From a virus (Duplodnaviria; Caudoviricetes), in the IMG/VR virus record IMGVR_UViG_3300028888_000061, positions 64,001 through 128,000 of that record: a stretch of DNA of 64,000 nt; one strand, given 5' to 3'. Positions within the stretch are counted from its first letter, which is position 1; every line of letters begins with the position of its first letter. A program made the translations under genes and the position numbers. The notes under the pieces are model-generated. The model was not told the origin of the DNA. It ran no database searches and saw only the letters and a list, made by a program, of their open reading frames with translations. Shown here one piece after another: positions 9,251-18,683 of this stretch.

Positions 9251-10555
9251 AGACGCTTCGTCGTGAGTACACAAAGGGTTGCCGCATAAAGGGCAAACTT
9301 TAAACTCCGCCAGTTGACTGTCAACGAAATCGCAATCCACATCGAACCCAAGCATCTTCTGCGATGAGACATCAACTTCACGAAACAGAGAGATGGCTAA
9401 GAGACATTTCTCAATAATTTCGTATCGTGACTTTAAGTCAGGGGCATTTCCAAGACGGACAACTGAATTTCGGATATCACGATAGAGATTTACAAGGCGT
9501 GAAATTTTCTCAAGTCTTGACAAGATTTCCATGAACTTGTTTACCGACACAGAAGCAATACTGTCTGACATGCGATAACGAGACAGTTGCTTATTGTAAG
9601 CATCATTCATTTCAACCCATTTCACAACTGTCAGGTAATGTGACAGTGCAGATTCCACACGGTTAATGGGGAATGAAGACACTTCATCACACAGACTAAG
9701 AATCTCACGTGCTTTACGTTGCTCTTCATAGCGAATCACAAGAGAAGACAGCAGATGACGTTTGCGCATCTTGAGCATACACGTGACGATGGAACTGTGC
9801 ATATCTGAATGCTTATGAAGCAATGCAGCACAACGGACACGTTCATCCTGCAACGTAGAAATCCGAGTGAGAATCGAACGAAGACTTTCAATCCGTTCAC
9901 GTTTCATCTTGACCTGCATTACACGTGCATACAAATCAGGAATTGCAGACAGCTCTTTTACACGTGCATCAGACTTTTCAAGTTCAAGCTCAAACTGTGA
10001 AACCAATTCAGTACTCAGCTTTATCTGGTCTGCAATATCTTTCACGTCAGCTTTATACAGGTCATCAAGCCTTGAGACATCGAAACTCTCATGGTAAGTC
10101 AAAACCGAATACAAAGTTGATGGTGAACCGAGTAGAAGGAACGGTCCAGCAAACTGACTGGAAAAGTTAAAATTCACAGACTCAGAGTCAATTTTGACTG
10201 AGGACACTTTCAGGGAATTTGCAACCACATCAAGCTGCTGCCTACCCAGCTTTGTGTACTCTTCGCCGTTCACCACATAACAGGCTTTTCTGTCACGGGC
10301 TTTGGTATCACGTGTATATGTGACATGTGCGTCCCCGGTATCCACATCAATCTGCATCATACCAGAACCATGCGTAACCATAGCATCCGTAAAGCTGTTG
10401 TCCGCAAGACCACGCAAAGCACGCAGTAATGTGGACTTACCGGAAGAGCTTGCACCAAGAATAAGATTGACTCCTGGAACAAAAGACAAGCTCGCCTCGC
10501 GAATAATACCTACGTTTGTCAATTCAACTTTAAACACTGCACTCTCCAAAAACAA
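9239..10555 (-). CDS. Rad50/SbcC N-terminal half (Walker A to zinc hook)
   Basis: GVNLILGASSSGKST Walker A, Q-loop SSQF, long coiled coil, CPLCG zinc hook near the C-terminus. Confidence 0.88.
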   Translation of the reverse strand: MFLESAVFKVELTNVGIIREASLSFVPGVNLILGASSSGKSTLLRALRGLADNSFTDAMVTHGSGMMQIDVDTGDAHVTYTRDTKARDRKACYVVNGEEYTKLGRQQLDVVANSLKVSSVKIDSESVNFNFSSQFAGPFLLLGSPSTLYSVLTYHESFDVSRLDDLYKADVKDIADQIKLSTELVSQFELELEKSDARVKELSAIPDLYARVMQVKMKRERIESLRSILTRISTLQDERVRCAALLHKHSDMHSSIVTCMLKMRKRHLLSSLVIRYEEQRKAREILSLCDEVSSFPINRVESALSHYLTVVKWVEMNDAYNKQLSRYRMSDSIASVSVNKFMEILSRLEKISRLVNLYRDIRNSVVRLGNAPDLKSRYEIIEKCLLAISLFREVDVSSQKMLGFDVDCDFVDSQLAEFKVCPLCGNPLCTHDEASVVL

Positions 10556-10591
10556 ATACCACGCAAGGTGCGTAAAACTTAATACGGGTAC

Positions 10592-10632
10592 GTTTTACCA
10601 CAAAGTCGATATAGAAAAGAGTACAGCACCAC
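10592..10632 (-). promoter_or_regulatory. GGTGCTGT-box promoter (Rad50-N)
   Basis: GTGGTGCTGT-N25-TAAAAC, preceded by TGTGG. Confidence 0.65.
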
Positions 10633-10646
10633 GACAAGTGAGACAC

Positions 10647-10683
10647 AAAAAAAAAGCGTTCTGTGATTAGCAGAACGCTTTTT
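10647..10683 (-). terminator. Intrinsic terminator, possibly bidirectional
   Basis: AAAAAGCGTTCTG-7 nt-CAGAACGCTTTTT, with a 9-T tail on the minus strand. Confidence 0.8.
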
Positions 10684-11268
10684 CATGCAATTCGACACGG
10701 AGGGCACAAAGCCCTTACAATCAATGATGATACAAGTAACATCATAAACCTGAGACTTTAAGGGTAGGAGTATTCCCCACACGAAACGTGCGCTCTGGCG
10801 ATTCTGCCGTAAGTCACAAGGTGTGACCATCCAAGTAGGTTACATGGCTTTCCAACGTACAGCCCTTTACGGGAATTGTGTGCAACGAATCTCCCACATC
10901 TAGCCATCCACTCACCACCGGTTTTGTACCCCGGTGATGAACTGTGCGAGCAAGCCCGTAGGCCCGTTTTCCCTCGTCACAGTCAAGCGTCAAAACGAAG
11001 GTGCACGCCACGATCAATCCGTGTTAGTCATCTCACCCAATAAACACTTCTTCAGAAAACCTACCACAACCGTGATAACCTTTCTGAAGAAGTGTGTAGA
11101 GGAAACGTAAGTCAAGTTAAGACAGCCGCGAAGCCAATCTTTGCTTTTTTCTTGCTCGGAAACAACCCACAAACTCAACACATATAAGATCCTGTACGTT
11201 GGAAAGCCATGTACCAAACCCTTCTTCACCTGTCAAATAACTGCGGCAGGTCTAATGTGCCGCAATCT
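10647..11268 (-). ncRNA. Candidate large structured non-coding RNA (~620 nt)
   Basis: No convincing ORF; upstream TTGCAC-N17-TATCTA; perfect 22-bp (10841-10862/11192-11213) and 15-bp (11044-11058/11081-11095) inverted repeats plus further hairpins; ends at a terminator. Confidence 0.6.
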
Positions 11269-11327
11269 TACTGTTTAGATAACACAGAAATAAAAACCGT
11301 GCAACGTATTTGCTCAACGAAATAAAC

Positions 11328-11723
11328 TCAGCAACAACAGTCAGAACAAATCCGGCTCCAATGAAGAGGGTCAATCTCTGCGTAACCTTCCCAATCAACA
11401 AGGAAATGTTTGCCTTCCTTGTAAAAAATGTCACCTAGCACATTGAAGAACCCTGGATGGATAACCACAACGCCGGTATAGTCCAAGAGGAATGAAAACA
11501 GCACCGTATCATTCCTGTTCATAGGCAGTTCAGAAATGACAAGGAAATGTCCGTCAATCACATCATAAACCACACGTGACATCACACAATGAAGCGACAA
11601 CCACTCACGCATGATGCAAGCATACTGAAAACAGTTGCCTGTAAGCCATGTGGATTCGTCAGGGAAACGTCTGGAACGGTAACTAAAATATTCAGATTCT
11701 AGTTCAGAGAGGCATTGAATCAT
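11328..11723 (-). CDS. Small papain/transglutaminase-like fold protein
   Basis: GNCFQYA...GHFLV...LDYTG suggests a Cys-His-Asp triad. Confidence 0.4.
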   Translation of the reverse strand: MIQCLSELESEYFSYRSRRFPDESTWLTGNCFQYACIMREWLSLHCVMSRVVYDVIDGHFLVISELPMNRNDTVLFSFLLDYTGVVVIHPGFFNVLGDIFYKEGKHFLVDWEGYAEIDPLHWSRICSDCCC

Positions 11724-12046
11724 TGCAGTAACTCACGAAGATTCTTATGACGCAGAAATTTGTACGCCAAATCCTGTGCATAATGCCATAACAATATGTC
11801 CTGCGTTGGATAAGGAAGCTGAACAATCCAGTGAAATTCGTCAGCGTCTTCGTCTGTAAACGGACAAGGAACACCGTCAAAACATGCTTTCATCCATGCA
11901 TCGAAACGCATGGAAATGTTTGCGAAATTAGAGTGGTAAACAATCCCACTACGTTTATCCGTAATGGTCAATAAAGGTGCATAAAACGAATCTACCGACA
12001 GAACAAAATTCGTCATTTCAAACGGAAACACGAAATTCATATACAA
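11720..12046 (-). CDS. Hypothetical protein
   Basis: ORF translationally coupled to 11328-11723. Confidence 0.6.
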   Translation of the reverse strand: MYMNFVFPFEMTNFVLSVDSFYAPLLTITDKRSGIVYHSNFANISMRFDAWMKACFDGVPCPFTDEDADEFHWIVQLPYPTQDILLWHYAQDLAYKFLRHKNLRELLQ

Positions 12047-12055
12047 CCCGAATCG

Positions 12056-12526
12056 CTAAAAAACTTCATCCCAACCCAAGCCGTCATTTGAGTAAAGCGT
12101 CAGCCCGTAATCGTCAAACACATCGCCATCAATTTCCTTGCGATACGTTATCATGTACTGATGCACATCAGACTGTAAATCCTGCATCAGATACTTCATA
12201 CAGGACAGTGCATCATCGTAAGTGACCAACTCTCCGTGGTCTCCGAGAATGCTTGCGAACACAAGCTCACGAGTTGCACAAGGGAACGAAGCTACGATAC
12301 GAAAAAATCCTTTTAACGCGGAAACATCTTGCTCAGAATGAAAAACGCGGCAAGCAATGTCATCGAATGTTCCTGCATCATAGCATATACCGTGAAGCAA
12401 TTCATCATCAGTTTCTCCACCAGTACACCAGCCACAATGGCATTCGTCTTTACGGCCACAACGCTCAGTGAAAAAAGCGATTGCTTTTCTATTCAGCCTT
12501 AAAACCTCTTCTTCATACCATGTCAT
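12056..12526 (-). CDS. Hypothetical protein
   Basis: ATG 12526 with GGAGG RBS; co-oriented with the cluster. Confidence 0.6.
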   Translation of the reverse strand: MTWYEEEVLRLNRKAIAFFTERCGRKDECHCGWCTGGETDDELLHGICYDAGTFDDIACRVFHSEQDVSALKGFFRIVASFPCATRELVFASILGDHGELVTYDDALSCMKYLMQDLQSDVHQYMITYRKEIDGDVFDDYGLTLYSNDGLGWDEVF

Positions 12527-12632
12527 GGCTGATACCTCCAAAAGAATGTAACCCAAACAAAATCAAAGCACTCTCTTTGATAAGAGGGAATCAAAACAAG
12601 ACAACAACTACATGTATCATAAGGAGGAAGTT

Positions 12633-12863
12633 ATGTCGAAATCACTTAAAGTTCTAGCACTATCATCATTATGTGTTATTCTTGTTGGGTGTTCAACAGC
12701 ATCCAACTGGAATAATGCACAAAACTGCAAAAAACTGAAGAGTGACGACCGGTATTACTCATGTTATGTCGTCATCGACGGAAAGGTTAAAACATTCAAG
12801 AAACCGATTATAGAAGACAAACAAAGGAGAAGTGAAACAGATGAACTTGAACATACTCCATGA
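12633..12863 (+). CDS. Small putative lipoprotein
   Basis: AAGGAGG RBS; MSKSLKVLALSSLCVILVGC signal peptide with LVGC lipobox. Confidence 0.6.
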   Translation: MSKSLKVLALSSLCVILVGCSTASNWNNAQNCKKLKSDDRYYSCYVVIDGKVKTFKKPIIEDKQRRSETDELEHTP

Positions 12864-13416
12864 CCAATTCGTGCATACGGTACAAAACGACATCCACAGA
12901 AATGGTACCGAGAACTTGCTTTCATGGCTTGAGACAACGGACTTTTTCACGGCACCTGCATCCGCAAAGTACCACAGCTGCTTTCCTGGCGGACTGTGCT
13001 TACACAGCCTGAACGTACACAAGCGGATTATGACAAAAGTATCAACAGGTGACGGTATAGACAGAGAAAGTCTGGCAATCGTATCCCTGTTCCATGACCT
13101 ATGCAAAGCAAACTTTTACAAGCAAGATTTACGCAACACGAAAGACGAAAGCGGTCAGTGGATAAAAGTTCCTTATTACACGTTTGACGACCAGTTTCCA
13201 TTGGGACACGGTGAAAAAAGTCTGTTTCTGATACAGCGGCATATTGAGCTTACGAACGAAGAAGCACTGGCCGTCCGATGGCACATGGGTAACTTCGGTC
13301 TGATGATTGGTTCAAATGAAATGATTGCTTTGAACAATGCAATGCGTAAAAGCCGCTTACTTATCATGCTTCAACAGGCAGATACAGAGGCGGCTTTTTG
13401 GGACGAGACTGTGTGA
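12841..13416 (+). CDS. HD-domain phosphohydrolase
   Basis: FFTAPASAKYH...GGLCLHSLNV...LFHDLCK...GHGEKS...RWHMG...AD. Confidence 0.88.
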   Translation: MNLNILHDQFVHTVQNDIHRNGTENLLSWLETTDFFTAPASAKYHSCFPGGLCLHSLNVHKRIMTKVSTGDGIDRESLAIVSLFHDLCKANFYKQDLRNTKDESGQWIKVPYYTFDDQFPLGHGEKSLFLIQRHIELTNEEALAVRWHMGNFGLMIGSNEMIALNNAMRKSRLLIMLQQADTEAAFWDETV

Positions 13417-13417
13417 G

Positions 13418-14575
13418 TTATCGAATACGAGAAAAGAATCGAACGCCGATAGGTTTGTTATTGTCTGGCGACATACGTCGAAATCCGTTCCCTAAATCCT
13501 GAGTATCGACCGCATCAAGGCATACGCACATATATCGTTTTCCGTCGCTCGTGTCCTGATGCAGGTAGACAAGACCACTGAAACCATTTCTGAAAAAGTC
13601 AATGATTGAATTGTGGTATGAACCGAGCGGCTCAATGTCGAACCATAAACGATCAGCAAAAGGTGCATCGCACATAACAGTTTCAATCACATTATCGTTT
13701 TCGTCGTAGTAGCACAGTTGCATTTTTCCATCGACAAGACCATGAATCAGTTTCATGGATTTCGGAAACGGAATGAGTCTGCCACCGGCTGATTCATTCC
13801 CGGCTTTCGGCACACGAATCGTAAACCCACACATGAGCGACAGATTAGTGCCGAAGAACTCTTTACGTGGAGAACCCAGTTTGTCAGCAAGCAACCCACG
13901 TCTGTCGGTATAAATAGACATAGGTGTTTCACTTTTATCGCAAGCAACGAGCCAGTTGTCTTCCATATAGGCGTAGAACCCATAATCTCGACAAACAGGA
14001 GAAACACTTACCTTTGGAAACGGAGTATAAACTTCGACATCGCCCTGAACATAGGACACTTCAAGACCGTAATACGTATCGTAATAACGGACACCATGCT
14101 CGGACAACCATACGATGTTTCGTTCAGGTGACTTCGACAACGACGACAGAAAACTGTGCATGAAACCGACAAGCGGGATATTATGAAACACAGGATAAAC
14201 ACTCTGAATCTTGTCGAACACGGCAACCGGTTGGTCTGATGCGTGTTTCTTGAGTTCGTCCAAACTCAAACCAAACCGATCCGTATCATTGCAAAAAGCT
14301 GAATGGTCACATGTCACACGAAAGATTTCCTGTTCTGAAAAGTTCTCATTACCATCCATCACGTCCAGATACGGGATAACGCCACTATATTTAAAGTACG
14401 TACACGGAACACGGGATTTCATCATAACCGAACCGATGCCGGGTTTCTGGAACTTAAACAAGTATTGCGTTGTTGCATCGCCTGAATACCGGTAAAAGTC
14501 CGTTTGAGCTTTAGAAAGTGCAATGTCGAAGTCACGAGCATGTTCAATAAGCGAACGTGAAATGTATGTGGTCAT
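13418..14575 (-). CDS. Hypothetical protein
   Basis: 385-aa ORF with GGAG RBS; no motif recognised. Confidence 0.65.
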   Translation of the reverse strand: MTTYISRSLIEHARDFDIALSKAQTDFYRYSGDATTQYLFKFQKPGIGSVMMKSRVPCTYFKYSGVIPYLDVMDGNENFSEQEIFRVTCDHSAFCNDTDRFGLSLDELKKHASDQPVAVFDKIQSVYPVFHNIPLVGFMHSFLSSLSKSPERNIVWLSEHGVRYYDTYYGLEVSYVQGDVEVYTPFPKVSVSPVCRDYGFYAYMEDNWLVACDKSETPMSIYTDRRGLLADKLGSPRKEFFGTNLSLMCGFTIRVPKAGNESAGGRLIPFPKSMKLIHGLVDGKMQLCYYDENDNVIETVMCDAPFADRLWFDIEPLGSYHNSIIDFFRNGFSGLVYLHQDTSDGKRYMCVCLDAVDTQDLGNGFRRMSPDNNKPIGVRFFSRIR

Positions 14576-14593
14576 GTTAGCAAAACTCCAAGA

Positions 14594-14992
14594 TTAGAAA
14601 AACCCGTTATCCATAGCTGCAAGGTGTTCGTTAAGTTCTTCCTCACTTTCATATTCGGAAACAATTTCATTCACATCATCATCATCTTCGTCATCCTGAA
14701 AGTCTTGAACAGCCTTGTTTAAAGATTCCTGATGCTCTTGAGCATCAGGTGACACAGGAGCTCTTACAGGCATCGTGAAAGAAAACAAACCGCCAAGCGA
14801 AGACACATGTTCACCTCTCTGGGGTGGAATACGTGTGTTACAACCAATAGAGTTACCTGCATTTGAGGTGACTGGTAAGGTTACGTTGAGACAGCAAGAC
14901 AAAACAAGTTCCTCAAGTGTAACATTACGGTCAGAAGCAGCTTTGCACAAGTCAGCCATTTGTTTTTCAGAAAAGGAAAGAACAATATTCAT
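14594..14992 (-). CDS. Hypothetical protein (RHH-like N-terminus, acidic tail)
   Basis: MNIVLSFSEKQMADLCKAASDRNVTLEELV; AGGAG RBS. Confidence 0.5.
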   Translation of the reverse strand: MNIVLSFSEKQMADLCKAASDRNVTLEELVLSCCLNVTLPVTSNAGNSIGCNTRIPPQRGEHVSSLGGLFSFTMPVRAPVSPDAQEHQESLNKAVQDFQDDEDDDDVNEIVSEYESEEELNEHLAAMDNGFF

Positions 14993-14994
14993 AG

Positions 14995-15282
14995 TCAGCT
15001 CCTGAAAGAAAGGGATGAAGCATTGAGGCGTTCTCTCGTTGCAGAATCCAAAAGAAACCAAGCATCGTCACCATTATCATCAACAGCGAGCACAAACGAG
15101 AAGGCTTCCTCACTCCGACTTTTATGATGGGATTTCATCTCTTCAATCATCTGAGAGAAAAATACCGGTTGTGCAGAAATAGCAGCATCAATCGTGTCGT
15201 AATCCACGCAACTCGAATCAAATGGTCGCTCATTACCGTTCCTGTCAAACTCACGGATTCCATAATGTAATTCGTATCTCAT
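14995..15282 (-). CDS. Hypothetical protein
   Basis: AGGAGG RBS; downstream of a GGTGCTGT-box promoter. Confidence 0.6.
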   Translation of the reverse strand: MRYELHYGIREFDRNGNERPFDSSCVDYDTIDAAISAQPVFFSQMIEEMKSHHKSRSEEAFSFVLAVDDNGDDAWFLLDSATRERLNASSLSFRS

Positions 15283-15317
15283 CGGTACCTCCTAAACGAG
15301 AATTTTGAAGCATCGTC

Positions 15318-15358
15318 AAGATACCATAGACACACATGAGTGAAACAAACAGCACCAT
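15318..15358 (-). promoter_or_regulatory. GGTGCTGT-box promoter
   Basis: ATGGTGCTGT-N25-TATCTT. Confidence 0.65.
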
Positions 15359-15359
15359 G

Positions 15360-15392
15360 AAAAAAGGGACAAACCAAATGGTTTGTCCCTTT
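15360..15392 (-). terminator. Intrinsic terminator after HU
   Basis: AAAGGGACAAACC-AAAT-GGTTTGTCCCTTT with T tail on the minus strand. Confidence 0.8.
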
Positions 15393-15418
15393 AATGTCAC
15401 ACCTGCAAGTCGCCGGTA

Positions 15419-15766
15419 TTACTTCTTTGAGGATTTCTTGGCAGGTTTCTTATCTGCTTTTTTCTCGCTTTTACCTGCACAATTTAACGCATTCTTGATA
15501 ACTGTGGACTGCTTGAACACAACTGCTTTCTGAGCAGGGATGTGAAGAGCTTCGCCAGTTCTCGGATTGCGTGCTTCACGTGCAGCACGTTCACGAACTT
15601 TGAGGATGCCAATCCCGTTCAACGCAACGTCTTCACCTGACTGAAGAATTCTTGCGAACTCCTTGATGATTGCATCGTAAACGAGTTCAATGTTCCTCTT
15701 GGAAAGGTTTGCTCCGTCTATCACTAATTGTTCGGATAAGGATGAAATGATGTCAGCTTTTTTCAT
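15419..15766 (-). CDS. hup: HU/IHF-family DNA-binding protein with Lys-rich tail
   Basis: MKKADII...GEDVALNGIGILKVRERAAREARNPRTGE...VVFKQS. Confidence 0.93.
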   Translation of the reverse strand: MKKADIISSLSEQLVIDGANLSKRNIELVYDAIIKEFARILQSGEDVALNGIGILKVRERAAREARNPRTGEALHIPAQKAVVFKQSTVIKNALNCAGKSEKKADKKPAKKSSKK

Positions 15767-15903
15767 AAGATGCCCCTATGATATGTCCTGTCGGACGTGT
15801 TAAATCAAGGACTAAACCAGGCGTCCTTGTGCGAATGCTTTGATACTCCGTGTTTCGTAAACACGCAAGAAAATTTCGTGAACAACACAACGAAATTCAG
15901 ATT

Positions 15904-16116
15904 TCACGCTTTTTCAGTTTCTTTGTTTTGCTCAATACGACTGATTTCGTGTTGAAGATAATCAAGTGCCTTTCTCAGGTCTGGCAATGGGTCATCGGTT
16001 TTTACACCGGCTCGTAGCAGGTATTTCAACGTATTGCCCAAAGAAAAATTCAAGCCATACGCTTCAATAATGTCTATCGCCTCATACCCTTGCTTGCAGT
16101 AATACGGATTTTTCAT
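15904..16116 (-). CDS. DUF3310-like phage protein
   Basis: PYYC...EAIDII...FSLGNTLKYLLRAGVK...DLRKALDYL. Confidence 0.85.
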   Translation of the reverse strand: MKNPYYCKQGYEAIDIIEAYGLNFSLGNTLKYLLRAGVKTDDPLPDLRKALDYLQHEISRIEQNKETEKA

Positions 16117-16131
16117 TAAAAACCCCCCTCT

Positions 16132-16548
16132 TCAATTACGAATTACACAACATGGGAATCCATCGAAAATATTGAGGATTTCTATGGAGTGCCCAAGAAA
16201 ATTACGCAGCGAACTCACTGTGCCCCATCCATTGTCGGCATCGTATTCCGACAGCATTTCATTATGTTGAAGTACAAATGTGTTTGCTTCCCTGTACATC
16301 CGCAACAAATCTTGTGTCGTGTAACCATGTTCATCAATACACCAAATCGCATCGTACAGAGATTCCGTTTCGCTTACAGGAACATGCTGACACATCGTGA
16401 CAAGATTGCCTGTGATGTTGCCTATCTCAACACATCCGTCAGAAATGCAGGAACAATACCCAGACTCAAGAATGTATTTCGGTATCACATAGCATGGAAA
16501 ACCGCCGTAATGAATTTCAGGAAACTTAATGTATAACGTAGCACTCAT
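16132..16548 (-). CDS. Hypothetical phage protein
   Basis: NITGNL and YDADNGWG motifs; GGAG RBS. Confidence 0.65.
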   Translation of the reverse strand: MSATLYIKFPEIHYGGFPCYVIPKYILESGYCSCISDGCVEIGNITGNLVTMCQHVPVSETESLYDAIWCIDEHGYTTQDLLRMYREANTFVLQHNEMLSEYDADNGWGTVSSLRNFLGHSIEILNIFDGFPCCVIRN

Positions 16549-16603
16549 GCGCTCTCCAAATCAGAAAGGTGAACGAACAAAATAAAAGAGAGAAAGGAAT
16601 ATT

Positions 16604-17020
16604 TCAAACGGCGAGTTCTCGATATCCTTCACATTCAAATATGGCTTCCATCAGAAAACCACCTTCCGTTGTTTTAACGATTCGTGATGATTTGAATCTC
16701 GTTTTCATGCATTCATATTTGCTTTCGACCTTACAGTCTTGTCCGAAACCCCAAATCGTTGCATCATCCACAAGAAAATCAACGTCTTGAGTTCTCTGCA
16801 TCTGCTGAGCCAGAGAAAATAGAACGTCTTTTTCTATGTCACTCTTGTCGATTGGGTACAAGCATTGGATGCTCTTAAGCGTGAATGTAGAGCACTCTTG
16901 AGCACACGTCATGCTGTTGATCATATAACGAAACAAATGCTTTCCATCGTTATATGACGGAATACGGATAGCAAGCTCATAGTACAGTTGATTGTGTGTC
17001 CAATTATCGTCTAAACTCAT
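16604..17020 (-). CDS. Hypothetical protein
   Basis: GAGG RBS; co-oriented ORF. Confidence 0.6.
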   Translation of the reverse strand: MSLDDNWTHNQLYYELAIRIPSYNDGKHLFRYMINSMTCAQECSTFTLKSIQCLYPIDKSDIEKDVLFSLAQQMQRTQDVDFLVDDATIWGFGQDCKVESKYECMKTRFKSSRIVKTTEGGFLMEAIFECEGYRELAV

Positions 17021-17035
17021 TTCAAAAACCTCGTT

Positions 17036-17602
17036 TCAAAAAGTCAATGTTTTCAAGTCCATTCCATGCGTATTCAGGTAATGGCAGATGTACAGAAACG
17101 CTTCACAGCAATCATGGCACGGAGGTCGTATCTTTCCGGTTTTTGAAACGACAGGAACACTCCATCCGGCAGCATGGAAACGTTCAAGTAACTTCGTGGC
17201 ACGGTTCACGGAGACGGTTTTTGTGTAGTCTCGTTTGGAATGAATCGTCCGCAGGGTGGACGGGTTGTACGTTTGCAACACATGGTCTTTAATACGCTCA
17301 AAAATCAACGAATCCAAGCAGTACAGTGCAGGGGACATAGAACTTGCAGGTAGCGGTTCTTCCATTACAACACGTACAGGGTCAAACGACATAACCCAAG
17401 ATGCAATGTCATTAGCCAGTGCAAATGCAGACTCGAACACGGAATGGAAACCACGTTTGACCGTACCGTCAACAGACGCCTTCCCGGTTATTGGATGGGA
17501 TAGGTTATGGAATACAACACGCTTCGACCCGTCTTGCATAACACAACAAAGTCCTGTTCGAGAGAATGACGGATCAATTCCAACCAGATTGTATGGCAAC
17601 AT
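17036..17602 (-). CDS. RuvC-like Holliday junction resolvase
   Basis: VGIDPSFSRTGLC, VVMEEP and HDCCEA acidic motifs. Confidence 0.8.
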   Translation of the reverse strand: MLPYNLVGIDPSFSRTGLCCVMQDGSKRVVFHNLSHPITGKASVDGTVKRGFHSVFESAFALANDIASWVMSFDPVRVVMEEPLPASSMSPALYCLDSLIFERIKDHVLQTYNPSTLRTIHSKRDYTKTVSVNRATKLLERFHAAGWSVPVVSKTGKIRPPCHDCCEAFLYICHYLNTHGMDLKTLTF

Positions 17603-17688
17603 GAGAACTTATCCACCAGAAAACAAAAAGGAAAGAACAAAGAAACGAGCATGTGTTATCACTACAAAACAAACGTAGTGATAACACA

Positions 17689-18177
17689 TCAAGATAGGAA
17701 ACGTCCAGATTCTTCAAGATACGCAAAGAATTGAGTGTCGTTCATGCCTACAGTTTTCAGCGGATTATATTCCAACGTATGTGCTTCATCCGCATCGTAT
17801 TCGTCCATCAGCAAATCAACGATTTCGTTGTACGCATTAACCTGATGGACACCATGATGTTTTCTCCACGAGCATTCAATCCAAAACTGATTTTCGACGA
17901 TGATGTAAGTATGCGTTGCAATCATGCGTCCGTTTTTATGCAATCCCGTGAAGTAACAGCGATATTCGAGCCAATGACGCTGTATTGCACTCGCTTCTGC
18001 AACCACGAAATCCCAGCACACGCCGCCACCCGCTTGCTTCAGTTCCGATGGAGATTTGATGTGGTCGAAACCAACATCATCGTAATCGTATGCGACAAGA
18101 CGATCATGCAAGCGTTTGAGGTATTTTGAGATTAAGTGCATTAGAGGATGCTCCAGGAAGAAACTCAAAATGAACAA
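17689..18177 (-). CDS. Transglutaminase/papain-like protein
   Basis: GGVCWDFV...THTYI...WIE, a Cys-His-Glu pattern; start may be 18141. Confidence 0.5.
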   Translation of the reverse strand: MFILSFFLEHPLMHLISKYLKRLHDRLVAYDYDDVGFDHIKSPSELKQAGGGVCWDFVVAEASAIQRHWLEYRCYFTGLHKNGRMIATHTYIIVENQFWIECSWRKHHGVHQVNAYNEIVDLLMDEYDADEAHTLEYNPLKTVGMNDTQFFAYLEESGRFLS

Positions 18178-18278
18178 ATAAAAAGTCAGGTCTCTTTGTA
18201 ATTTCGACAGACTTCAAATATCCTGACACACTTGCATTGATAAACTTCAAGGTAACAAGTATGCCTTCCACATGTCCA

Positions 18279-18683
18279 TTACGGCAGCACATCACACGAA
18301 GATAACACGTGCTGCCGTATGGCAATCCAATCCACATGACCGTCAACCATAGGAATGCCTAACCCATGGTCGTCAATGTAAAGGTCGGCACCTACTTTTG
18401 TTTGTCCACCATATAGTTCACGTGACTGTGGATTGTCGTTTACTGCGTATAGTTGGATTCCACGTGATTTACACCAATCGACGGCCTCTGAGAGCGTGTC
18501 ATGTCCGTCATGCAGAACATGCGTCCTGCATGTGTGAAGAATAATCTTATGACCAAGGCTCACAAAAAGTTTGAGAACCTCAACCGCAAATGGAATTTCT
18601 TCACCGATACGAGGATAATCCTCTTTCACGAGGGTTCCGTCAAAATCAACAGCAATAATCATACTCCAACTCCTCTTCTTCAC
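18279..18683 (-). CDS. HAD-superfamily phosphatase
   Basis: IAVDFDGTL, LHTCR, K-V-G-ADLYIDD. Confidence 0.88.
   Translation of the reverse strand: MKKRSWSMIIAVDFDGTLVKEDYPRIGEEIPFAVEVLKLFVSLGHKIILHTCRTHVLHDGHDTLSEAVDWCKSRGIQLYAVNDNPQSRELYGGQTKVGADLYIDDHGLGIPMVDGHVDWIAIRQHVLSSCDVLP

Noticed and set aside
10579-11434. Short minus-strand ORFs of 60-83 aa
   Set aside because: Poor starts, no clear RBS or motifs, and they overlap long perfect helices; a non-coding explanation fits better.
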